Origin: a virus
DNA length: 64,000 bases
Strand: one strand, 5' to 3'
IMG/VR virus record: IMGVR_UViG_3300032331_001766
Span: 1 to 64,000 of that record
Shown: positions 55,645 through 64,000 of the stretch, piece by piece
How the letters are laid out: each line of letters starts with the position of its first letter
Position numbering within the stretch: position 1 is the stretch's first letter
Notes under the pieces: generated by a model
The model's database searches: none
What the model was told of the DNA's origin: nothing
The model's input: the letters and a program-made list of their open reading frames with translations, nothing else
Program-made: the position numbers and the translations under genes

Positions 55645-55680
55645 GAAAGGCCCCCAATTAATTTTGGGGGCTTTTCATTT
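55645..55680 (+). terminator. intrinsic terminator
   Basis: GAAAGGCCCCCAA/TTGGGGGCTTTTC. Confidence 0.85.
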
Positions 55681-55726
55681 AAATTCATCAATGCTATAAT
55701 TAAATACCTAGAAAAAGGAGTAATAT

Positions 55727-56134
55727 ATGTCATTCGAGACATTAAAAGTTGCAGAACTAAGAAAGATCGCAGAAGATTTTGCGGTTGAAACAGAAGGTCT
55801 AAAAAACAAGGCGGATATTATTGCTGCCCTATCAGAAGAAGGCGTAACATATGCAGTCTATGCCAAAACTATAGAAAAGCTTGAAGAAGCAGAAGAAGAA
55901 GAAGAAGAAGCAGAAGAAATTCTTCCAAGATTTGATCCTAAGAAATCACAATCTAAGGATGATGTGCTAGTTAGAATGACTAGAGCAAATTTTCGTTACG
56001 ATATCATAGGATATACCTTTACAAAGGAGCATCCATTTATTGCAATGAAAGAAGAAGACGCACAAAAAATCTTTGATATGGAGGAAGGTTTCCGTTTAGC
56101 AACGCCAAGAGAAGCACAAGAGTACTACAGCTAA
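55727..56134 (+). CDS. Rho-N/HeH-domain protein
   Basis: LKVAELRKIA......GLKNKADII; poly-Glu linker. Confidence 0.7.
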   Translation: MSFETLKVAELRKIAEDFAVETEGLKNKADIIAALSEEGVTYAVYAKTIEKLEEAEEEEEEAEEILPRFDPKKSQSKDDVLVRMTRANFRYDIIGYTFTKEHPFIAMKEEDAQKIFDMEEGFRLATPREAQEYYS

Positions 56135-56148
56135 ACAAACCTAATTAA

Positions 56149-57132
56149 ATGGCAGAAGTTTATATTGAAAGTAATTTTCCAGTTAAAACAAAAATATTTT
56201 ATGCTGGAGAAATTATTGACGCAGACGGTAGTGTTACAGCAGAAATTTATGACATTACCGAAGACCCTGCCATTGTACCCGCAATAAACCCAGGAACACT
56301 GATAACTCAATTGGTTGCGTCTAAGTCTGAATCAGACATTGGATCATATCAAATTGTTTTTCCATTTTCTCTTACAACTAGACCAAGAAAATTTAGAATT
56401 AAGTGGAGATATGCAATCAATTCAGAATTGGTAAATCATTTTACAACAGTAGATATTGTAACTCCATACATAGAGCTAGCTGATGCTATTGAAGATTTAG
56501 GATTTGGATCAGATTCGTCAGACCCAAATAACAAAACATATCATGAGTTAATTATGGCAGAAAAATGGGCTAGAAAAACAATTGAAACTTACACTGGACA
56601 GCAATTTTATTTATACAACGATATACATGTTGTCTATGGAGATAACGCCGACTCGTTAAGATTACCTTTTAAAATTAATGAGATTCATGAACTTTATGAA
56701 AATGACATATTGCTATTAGATACTATTAATAATATTAACAATTGGAATTATGATACTCAAATATCAGAAAGCGGATTTGGAGTTAGAATAAATCGAGCAA
56801 GCATGTTAGACAATACTGTTTATACAGCAAATGGAATGGTTCCGCCAAGCATCAATGATACTTATGGTGGCGTATTTAAAAATGGTTCAGTTTATAGAAT
56901 CCAAGGTGTATATGGATGGGACAGTGTTCCTGACGCAGTAAGCGAAGCATGTATATATTTAATGAAAGACTATTTTTCAAAAGATAAAACTTGGAGAGAA
57001 AAGTATATTGCTAGTTTATCTTCATTTGATTGGAATTTTAAGTACAACACAGGAGCTTTTGTAGGAACAGGTAATTTATATGCAGATCAAATATTATTAC
57101 CTTACGTCTTAACTCAAATGGTTGTAATTTAA
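56149..57132 (+). CDS. head-tail adaptor
   Basis: IETYTGQ.F, YGW..VP..V..A; position. Confidence 0.75.
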   Translation: MAEVYIESNFPVKTKIFYAGEIIDADGSVTAEIYDITEDPAIVPAINPGTLITQLVASKSESDIGSYQIVFPFSLTTRPRKFRIKWRYAINSELVNHFTTVDIVTPYIELADAIEDLGFGSDSSDPNNKTYHELIMAEKWARKTIETYTGQQFYLYNDIHVVYGDNADSLRLPFKINEIHELYENDILLLDTINNINNWNYDTQISESGFGVRINRASMLDNTVYTANGMVPPSINDTYGGVFKNGSVYRIQGVYGWDSVPDAVSEACIYLMKDYFSKDKTWREKYIASLSSFDWNFKYNTGAFVGTGNLYADQILLPYVLTQMVVI

Positions 57133-57561
57133 ATGTTTGGTATAGTTGAAGCCACATTCTCAATGAGTCTTGACCTATATAAACAGTCTGATTTACAAGA
57201 TCCAAATACTGGTGCTATAAAAAAAGAATGGTCTTATGACAGCACAGTAAGTTGCTATGCCAAGGGTGTAATTAGCAATTCCTCTTCATCCAGATCTGGA
57301 GATAGACAAGCTTTTAATAATAGATATGAAAACGTACAATTTATTGATGTTCGTACAACAAATAAATTAAATACAAGATTTAAAATAACAAATATATGCG
57401 GTCCAAGTGGTAAACCAATATGGACTGAGCTAGATTACCCAACAGAAACACCAACAGTTTTTGAAGTTCTTGGATCAACACCATTAACAGACGCCTTTGG
57501 AAATATTTTAGGATATAACTCAAGCCTAAAAAGATCGGAGAATCAGCAAATTGGACTCTAG
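57133..57561 (+). CDS. head closure/stopper protein
   Basis: Size, position, DPxTG...W. Confidence 0.65.
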   Translation: MFGIVEATFSMSLDLYKQSDLQDPNTGAIKKEWSYDSTVSCYAKGVISNSSSSRSGDRQAFNNRYENVQFIDVRTTNKLNTRFKITNICGPSGKPIWTELDYPTETPTVFEVLGSTPLTDAFGNILGYNSSLKRSENQQIGL

Positions 57562-58339
57562 TCAATTATTAATGACAGCTGCCAGCGGACTTGAAAAGCT
57601 AATGGCTAACCCTACTAAGAATAATAAAAATTTAAGGGATAGCAGCGTGGCACAAATATCTGCTGCAATTTATTATAAGGCTAATGTTATTTCCCAATTG
57701 ACTTCAAACACTGCATTTCAGAAAAAATTTAGAGAAGTAATATATGGACAAATAGAAAAAGATTTTGGAGACTATATTGACTCTCAGGCAAGAACAAAGC
57801 CAAAAGCATTACACCATGTATATGAATGGGACAAGGCTGGTTCACCAGCAGCAAGACTATTTAAGTTAAAATCATTTGGGGATAACGCATTGTCGTTTAA
57901 AGTTGGATACGAATTTAAACTCTCTAAATCAAATGTTCCATCTCCAGCAAATTTTAAAAAATATAAGTTTGCTAATAAAGCATATGTAATGGAAAACGGC
58001 ATACCCGTTACAATTGCTCCAAAGGCCGCTGAGAGACTTGTGTTTGAGGTTAATGGTTATACCGTCTTTATGCCTAAAGGTCGCTCTATTACCGTTTCAA
58101 AGCCTGGTGGAGGCGGTGCTACGCATCAGTTCAGACTTGCATACTCAAGATTCTTTAGAGGAAATTTAGCGGGAGATTCAATTAGAAGATCTGGATTTCA
58201 ACAATTATTTAATTCAAAAATGTCAAAAGCATTAAAGGTTCCAGGAGGAATATCAAGAGTTCAATATTCTTTCGCACCAAATACAGTTAGAGCTCAAGCA
58301 AACTCAGCATTAAGTCAAGCATTTGGAGGATCACTATGA
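57551..58339 (+). CDS. neck/tail completion protein
   Basis: Position, basic composition; TTG start. Confidence 0.55.
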   Translation: MDSSQLLMTAASGLEKLMANPTKNNKNLRDSSVAQISAAIYYKANVISQLTSNTAFQKKFREVIYGQIEKDFGDYIDSQARTKPKALHHVYEWDKAGSPAARLFKLKSFGDNALSFKVGYEFKLSKSNVPSPANFKKYKFANKAYVMENGIPVTIAPKAAERLVFEVNGYTVFMPKGRSITVSKPGGGGATHQFRLAYSRFFRGNLAGDSIRRSGFQQLFNSKMSKALKVPGGISRVQYSFAPNTVRAQANSALSQAFGGSL

Positions 58340-58848
58340 CAGTAGATTATAAAGCAGATGCAATGCTAGAAGTCCGCAAATATTTGTGGGACTCATTGGC
58401 TACAATAGGAATATTTGATGAAAATAATTATTATAGCGATAACATTGGAACTACAATAATTCCAATTATTCCAGTACAGCAACAGCCAGAACTAAATCAA
58501 TTCTTAAGCGGAAAGAAGCACATAGTCTATGATAAGGTAGGAATGTCATATGAGGAGAACTGGGTCATATGCTGCGAGCAGATCTTGTTTACAATCTATT
58601 CAACAGATGTATCTGAGATAGCAGAAATTAGAAACTTTATGACAGATTTATTTAGAAGAATAGACGAGTCAGCAAGAGATGTAAACTTGTGGGATGGAAT
58701 GTCTAATAAATTCAAATTCCATAGCATCTTTATTTCTGACATATCTGCCACAACTCCATCTGAAGAACTTCAAGGCTTTCTATCAGCAGATGTCATCCTT
58801 GAAATTAAATACTCAAGATACTCTGATATACAGGGCAGATTTATCTAG
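58336..58848 (+). CDS. tail terminator-like protein
   Basis: Acidic, immediately before major tail gene. Confidence 0.6.
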   Translation: MTVDYKADAMLEVRKYLWDSLATIGIFDENNYYSDNIGTTIIPIIPVQQQPELNQFLSGKKHIVYDKVGMSYEENWVICCEQILFTIYSTDVSEIAEIRNFMTDLFRRIDESARDVNLWDGMSNKFKFHSIFISDISATTPSEELQGFLSADVILEIKYSRYSDIQGRFI

Positions 58849-58959
58849 TTTGCCTTAAGGCTCAAAATGGCTTATTATTATACCAGAGGAAAGCGGCCTA
58901 GCCAGCCAAAATTTTAGAATACAACTTAATATAGATTTTTATAAACAGGAGGTTTTACA

Positions 58960-59652
58960 ATGGCAACATTTAATAATGCCAAGAACATTCTCGTAGGTGC
59001 TTCACCACTGTTCCTTTCAACAAAGGATTCAACTGATGGAACATACGCCGAGAACATGGAGCCAGGCTCATCAGCTGGAGTTGCATATCCATCAGCAGCA
59101 TCTTATACAGATGCTTTGAACTCAGCAACAACAAAGTTTCGTAACGTAGGTTACACAAACAATGGTCTTCAGATTACTTACAACCCATCATACGGTTCAG
59201 TAACAGTAGATCAGCTTCTTGATACAGCTAAGCTTTTCAAGGAGTCAATGGAAGTTATGATTGCAACAGAAATGACTGAAGGTACTCTTGAAAACGTACT
59301 AACAGTATTTGGTCAAGGATCTTCAACTCTTACAACTGAAGCTGGATACACATCAGGTACAGCTGAAGGAAAGAAGACACTTGGTCTTGCAGCAGGAGCT
59401 CTCGGTGTTCAGCCAACAGAGCGTCAATTAATTGCAGTTGGTCAGTCACCAACAACAACTGATGGAACTAATACAGAAAGAACAGAGCGTATTTATTATG
59501 CACGTCGTGTTCTTTCAGTTCAGCAATCAGCATTCTCATTAGCACGTAATAATCCAACCACATTCCCAGTAACATTCCGTCTGCTTCCAGACGGCAATAC
59601 AGCATACGCTGGCCAGGAATACGGTAAGATTATTGACCGTGTTATTGCATAA
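58960..59652 (+). CDS. major tail (tube) protein
   Basis: NILVGA, VGYTxxG, VDQ, PVTFRLLP; AGGAGG RBS. Confidence 0.85.
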   Translation: MATFNNAKNILVGASPLFLSTKDSTDGTYAENMEPGSSAGVAYPSAASYTDALNSATTKFRNVGYTNNGLQITYNPSYGSVTVDQLLDTAKLFKESMEVMIATEMTEGTLENVLTVFGQGSSTLTTEAGYTSGTAEGKKTLGLAAGALGVQPTERQLIAVGQSPTTTDGTNTERTERIYYARRVLSVQQSAFSLARNNPTTFPVTFRLLPDGNTAYAGQEYGKIIDRVIA

Positions 59653-59670
59653 TTTAATACTTTAAATTAC

Positions 59671-59703
59671 GGAAACCCCCATTGATATGGGGGTTTTCTG
59701 TTT
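59671..59703 (+). terminator. intrinsic terminator
   Basis: GGAAACCCCCAT/ATGGGGGTTTTC. Confidence 0.85.
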
Positions 59704-59758
59704 GTGTTAATAAAACCCTTTTGTTATAATAATAAAGACATATCCATAGGAGGATAAA

Positions 59759-60091
59759 TTGGCAACTACAGTATATGACGTAGAAGAAATTACGTTACAG
59801 AATGGCGCAACAGTTAACCTTAAGCCATTAACAATTAAAGAACTACGCAAGTTTATGGCTGCTATCTCCAAAACTGGAGAAGCAAAAACAGAAGACGAAA
59901 CACTAACAATTCTTATTGACGCTTGTGCAGTAGCATTAGAAAAGCAATTACCAGAATTGGTAAAAGATCGTGACGCATTTGAAGATGTTTTAGACGTTCC
60001 TACCATCAACCGCATTCTTGAAGTTTGCGGAGGAATTAAGATGGACGACCCAAACCTTCTAGCGGCAGCGGTTCTGGCTGGTCAGAACTAG
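59759..60091 (+). CDS. tail assembly chaperone (G)
   Basis: AGGAGG RBS, TTG start; between tail tube and tape measure. Confidence 0.85.
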   Translation: MATTVYDVEEITLQNGATVNLKPLTIKELRKFMAAISKTGEAKTEDETLTILIDACAVALEKQLPELVKDRDAFEDVLDVPTINRILEVCGGIKMDDPNLLAAAVLAGQN

Positions 60092-60420
60092 ATTTAGCCG
60101 CTTTAGAGGGAGAAGTTTTTCTTTTAGGTAATTGGAAAAATTACGCAGAGATAGAAGAAAATCTTTCAATGCCAGAACTTATTCAAACATTGAAGTCAAT
60201 GCAAAAAACGGAATCAGAGAAAAGAAAATTTTTAGCTGGAATCCAAGGTGTTGATATAAATGATGAACAAGAAGAAAAAGAAGGTCCTACCTTTGAAGAT
60301 ATACAAAGAAGAGCACTTGGCATACATGCAAGCGGAGATGATATAACATCACTTCAAGGAGCATTAGCAGCACAAAGTGGATTTGGTATCGGAGCTGGAT
60401 TAGGATACACCAGGGAGTAA
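60049..60420 (+). CDS. tail assembly chaperone -1 frameshift extension (GT)
   Basis: Slippery C CCA AAC at 60049-60055; -1 frame open through the 60169-60420 ORF. Confidence 0.8.
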   Translation, partial: PKPSSGSGSGWSELDLAALEGEVFLLGNWKNYAEIEENLSMPELIQTLKSMQKTESEKRKFLAGIQGVDINDEQEEKEGPTFEDIQRRALGIHASGDDITSLQGALAAQSGFGIGAGLGYTRE

Positions 60421-60429
60421 AATAGATAA

Positions 60430-63400
60430 ATGGCTGATGAGCAAATTGTAACCAATATAGTTGCAACCTCAGATTTTTCAAGTCTCATTGCCGATGTGCA
60501 ACGGACCACAGCAGCACTATCTAAATTACAGTCACAACTAGCTTTATCAAATACAGCATTAGCGAATCAGGCTGGCCAGATACAAAAAGGTTTTGGAGAA
60601 ACTCTAAGATCAACTGGCCAGTTTACTTCGCATTTTGTTACTGTTGGATCAGAGGTAGATAGATTTGGTAAAAGCCTTGATTCTGGAAGATTAAAGTTAA
60701 GAGATTATTTTAAAACTTGGCAAGATCACACAAAAAGTTCTGGCGGATTAATTAGAGGTTTAGCAAAAGAACAGGTTGCATTACAGCAATCTATAGTTCA
60801 ATCGCTTGGTAAAACTGCAGATGGAATGCAGAAGTTTAACGTACACGTTAAGACTGGGCTAGATGAAGTAGCAAACAGAACTGCATTAGCAAAGAAAGAA
60901 ATGCAGATATACAACAAGGTTATTCAAGACGGCGGAAATCAAATTATTAACTGGGGTAAAAATACTCAGTGGGCTGGTCGTCAGTTAACAGTAGGACTCA
61001 CAGTTCCAATAGCAGCATTTGGTGTGGCTGCATCAAAAGCATTTAGAGATGTTGACCAAGAGCTTGTTAGACTTACAAAGGTTTACGGTGGGCTTTCTGC
61101 AACTAGCGCAGTAGAGTTAGCTAAAGTTAGAAAAGATGTTTCTGCAACAGCTAAAGAATTAGCTGCAGCATATGGAGCGTCGTACAAAGATACAATTGCA
61201 TTAGCAGCAGATATTGCAGCAACTGGTAAACAGGGCAACGAGCTGCTTCAGTCTACAAAAGAAGCAACAAGACTTTCTATTCTTGGAGAAGTAGATAGAC
61301 AAGAAGCTATGAAAGCAACTCTTGCAATTCAATCAGCATTTAAAAAGAATACAACAGAGCTTGGCAAATCAATTAACTTTCTTAACGCAGTTGAAAACCA
61401 AACCTCAACAAGCCTTGCAGATTTAGTTGAAGCTATACCAAAAGCTGGACCAGTAGTTAAAGCACTTGGCGGAGACATAGAAGATTTAGCACTTTATCTT
61501 ACAGCTATGCGTGAAGGCGGAATTAACGCATCTGAAGGAGCAAATGCTTTAAAGTCAGCATTAGCATCTATCATTAACCCAACTAAAGTTGCTAAAGAAA
61601 TGTTTCAAGGATTTGGAATTGATTTAGGTGGGATAGTAACAAAAAATGCTGGAAACTTAACAGGAACTATATTAGAGATTCAAGCAGCATTAGAAACACT
61701 AGATCCTCTTAAGAAATCACAGGCAATTGAGCAGTTGTTTGGTAAGTTCCAGTTTGCAAGAATGAATGCTTTATTTGAGAATTTGGGTAAGCAGGGTAGC
61801 CAGACTTTACAGGTATTAGATTTAATGAAAGCAAGCTCACAAGATCTTGCAAATGTGGCTGGACGAGAATTAGCACAAATTACTGAGTCTGCTTCTGGTA
61901 AATATAGAAGAGCATTAGAGTCATTAAAGGCAGACTTAGCTAAAGTAGGAGAGCAGTTCTTAACAATTCAAACATTCTTTATTGAATTAGTAGATAAAAT
62001 AATTAACTTTGTAAACAAATTACCAGAGCCTATTCAAAAAGTTCTTACATTGCTAGCTGGATTCACTGCAGCAGCGGGTCCACTTATTATGTTAACTGGT
62101 GTATTTGCTAACTTCTTTGGATATGTAATTAAGGGAATTGGCCATCTAAGAGCTTTATTTAAGGGCGGCGAAGGATTTAAATTATTAACACCTCAAATAA
62201 TAGCTGCAAATCAAGCTGGAAGTTTAATAGAAAAAACATTTTATAGCGATGCTCAAGCAGCAGCGACATTAGCTAATGCCCTAAGTAATTTAAATAATGA
62301 ATTTAATCTTCTATACAATAAAGCAAACAACATTGCGCCAGTAGCACCAGCAATTTCAACAATGGCAAGCACCATGATGTTGCCAGGCGGAGCAACAGAA
62401 AGAGTTGTAAATAAGCAAAGCTCAATGCTAGGCAAGCCTTATTCAAGAGATATGTCTCATATGATTCCTTCAAAAACTGGACAAGCAGGAACAATGTTTG
62501 GAGTTCTTCCTGGAACTGCTCCAGTAAATAAAAGAATTAGTAATAACCCACAGATCTATGCAGCAGGAGATTTGCCAGATGTTCCTGGATTAACTAATGT
62601 TAATAAAGTTTCAACAGGTGTTGTAGCAGCAGAAGCTGCTAAATGGCACTCAATGACTGCAGCAATTGCAATGCAATCAGATGCAGAACTTACAGCATTG
62701 AAACAAGAAGTTGCTGCAACTGGAACAATTACACATGAATTGTCTTCTTCATACCAGGCATTGTTGCCTAAGATGACTGAAGTTATTCAGAAAGCTGTTA
62801 AAGAATCAGAGTTAATTGTTGCTCAGACACAATCTGGTAAAATAACGTTAGATCAAGCAAGAGCAAAAATCACTGCGCTTAATGCACAAATAGAAACATT
62901 ATTAGCATCAACAGCACAAGGAGTTGCAACAGCACAGGGAAGATCTATTAATGTTGGAATGGTTCCATTAACAAATCAACCAGCTGTATCTCCAACTGGC
63001 AAGAGCAACATGAAAGAAATGTTCCACAAGAGTGCTAACGCAAATCTTATTAATAAAATAGCTGGCGTACTTGGAGTAAGAACTTCAGGCGGAGGATACA
63101 GCACTGAAACAACAATGCCAAAGAGATTTGCAGAAGGTGGATTTGTACCAGGAACTGGAAACACAGATACTCATCCAGATTCACTACCTGCTGGATCTTA
63201 TGTTGTAAATAAAAAGTCTTCTGAAAATCCTATGTATAGACCTATACTTAGAGCAATGAAAACTGGAATTAGATTTAGCAAGGGTGGAGAAGTACCAGTC
63301 GTACTAACACCAGGAGAGTTTGTTGCTGACCCACAAACAGCAAGAGAAAACGCACCAGTTCTAAGATCTATTAATGCTGGTAATTATGCTGTTGGCGGAA

Positions 63401-64000
63401 CAGTAAGTATGAATAAAGTTAACTATGGAATTTCACCAAACAAGCAAAGAGTAAAGAGCCCAGCAATCATTGAAGATGCTTTAGCTAAAGTTATTGCATT
63501 TAACACAGATAAAAACTATGCTAAAAATAATTATACTGGTGCAGTATTAAATGACTCATGGGCAATATATGATGCAATAACTTCTGCAACTGGAAGACCA
63601 GCAGATCCAAAAGAAGCAATTTCAATTGCAGAAGCAATGGAAGAAGAAGCAAGATCAGCATCGACCTTTGGCGGAGTGCTAGATGAAAATGAATATCGTA
63701 AAGTCGCTAAAGAACAGATGACTACATGGAAAAAGAAACTTAAAGAACAGTATCCTTCTATAAGACTTACAAGTTCTAACAAAAGACAAAATGCAACTGA
63801 TCCAACTGTCAGAAAATTAATTTATGCAATGATGCTTAAGGATAAAAGATTTAGTAGAGATTACCTAAAAACGCTAGATGTTTCTGAAGGCGGAAATGCA
63901 GTAAGAGCACACAGAGATCAGCTTTCTCAGTCTAAGAATAAGAATAATCCTTATAAGTATTTAAGAGCAGCCGTTGTTACTCCAACAAATGTTAATTATG
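60430..64000 (+). CDS. tape measure protein (truncated by window end)
   Basis: MADEQIVTNIVATSDFS...; helical Ala/Gln-rich; LTVGLTVP, FGK, AAGP, FAEGGFVPG motifs; missing from ORF track, consistent with no stop in window. Confidence 0.92.
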   Translation, partial: MADEQIVTNIVATSDFSSLIADVQRTTAALSKLQSQLALSNTALANQAGQIQKGFGETLRSTGQFTSHFVTVGSEVDRFGKSLDSGRLKLRDYFKTWQDHTKSSGGLIRGLAKEQVALQQSIVQSLGKTADGMQKFNVHVKTGLDEVANRTALAKKEMQIYNKVIQDGGNQIINWGKNTQWAGRQLTVGLTVPIAAFGVAASKAFRDVDQELVRLTKVYGGLSATSAVELAKVRKDVSATAKELAAAYGASYKDTIALAADIAATGKQGNELLQSTKEATRLSILGEVDRQEAMKATLAIQSAFKKNTTELGKSINFLNAVENQTSTSLADLVEAIPKAGPVVKALGGDIEDLALYLTAMREGGINASEGANALKSALASIINPTKVAKEMFQGFGIDLGGIVTKNAGNLTGTILEIQAALETLDPLKKSQAIEQLFGKFQFARMNALFENLGKQGSQTLQVLDLMKASSQDLANVAGRELAQITESASGKYRRALESLKADLAKVGEQFLTIQTFFIELVDKIINFVNKLPEPIQKVLTLLAGFTAAAGPLIMLTGVFANFFGYVIKGIGHLRALFKGGEGFKLLTPQIIAANQAGSLIEKTFYSDAQAAATLANALSNLNNEFNLLYNKANNIAPVAPAISTMASTMMLPGGATERVVNKQSSMLGKPYSRDMSHMIPSKTGQAGTMFGVLPGTAPVNKRISNNPQIYAAGDLPDVPGLTNVNKVSTGVVAAEAAKWHSMTAAIAMQSDAELTALKQEVAATGTITHELSSSYQALLPKMTEVIQKAVKESELIVAQTQSGKITLDQARAKITALNAQIETLLASTAQGVATAQGRSINVGMVPLTNQPAVSPTGKSNMKEMFHKSANANLINKIAGVLGVRTSGGGYSTETTMPKRFAEGGFVPGTGNTDTHPDSLPAGSYVVNKKSSENPMYRPILRAMKTGIRFSKGGEVPVVLTPGEFVADPQTARENAPVLRSINAGNYAVGGTVSMNKVNYGISPNKQRVKSPAIIEDALAKVIAFNTDKNYAKNNYTGAVLNDSWAIYDAITSATGRPADPKEAISIAEAMEEEARSASTFGGVLDENEYRKVAKEQMTTWKKKLKEQYPSIRLTSSNKRQNATDPTVRKLIYAMMLKDKRFSRDYLKTLDVSEGGNAVRAHRDQLSQSKNKNNPYKYLRAAVVTPTNVNY

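Noticed and set aside
55884-55919. GAA microsatellite as a phase-variation site
   Set aside because: In-frame triplet encoding a poly-Glu linker; slippage would not switch expression.
1-64000. Stop-codon reassignment or integrated prophage boundary
   Set aside because: Genes are full length in the standard code using all three stops; no integrase, att site or host housekeeping block is seen.

Overview
A 64-kb segment of a large, AT-rich tailed (siphovirus-type) dsDNA phage, most likely infecting an actinobacterium. The host evidence is WhiB, an Lsr2-like protein, pervasive leaderless genes and PafBC-type promoters; a low-GC freshwater acI/Nanopelagicales-like host is an inference only. Layout: (1) 1-10.8 kb, rightward accessory genes (tRNA-Asn, WhiB, HslV-like Ntn protease, S8 protease, thioredoxin, a secreted Ala/Thr-rich protein, 2OG-Fe(II) oxygenases, many Zn-finger microproteins). 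(2) 10.8-22.2 kb, a leftward 'early'-like block of small genes plus tRNA-Asp. It carries 13 TGTCAG-N10-TAnnnT promoters matching the actinobacterial PafBC/RecA-NDp DNA-damage motif, together with helically phased CRP/GlxR sites, DnaA boxes, GACAC boxes, an 8-copy rigidly spaced element and candidate structured RNAs. (3) 22.3-31.3 kb: tRNA-Ile(UAU), more oxygenases, a lytic transglycosylase, a GT4 glycosyltransferase, class II RNR and a sugar epimerase. (4) 31.4-51.2 kb: tail-fibre and other virion proteins. These include an FN3 protein with 24 FFxPPx repeats and a C-terminal Hint domain, followed directly by six prolyl-hydroxylase-like oxygenases and two DUF6065-like genes, a candidate new protein-modification system. 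(5) 51.3-64 kb: portal, protease/scaffold, capsid, connectors, major tail protein, a frameshifted chaperone and a truncated tape measure gene. All calls come from motif recognition by eye; no searches were run.
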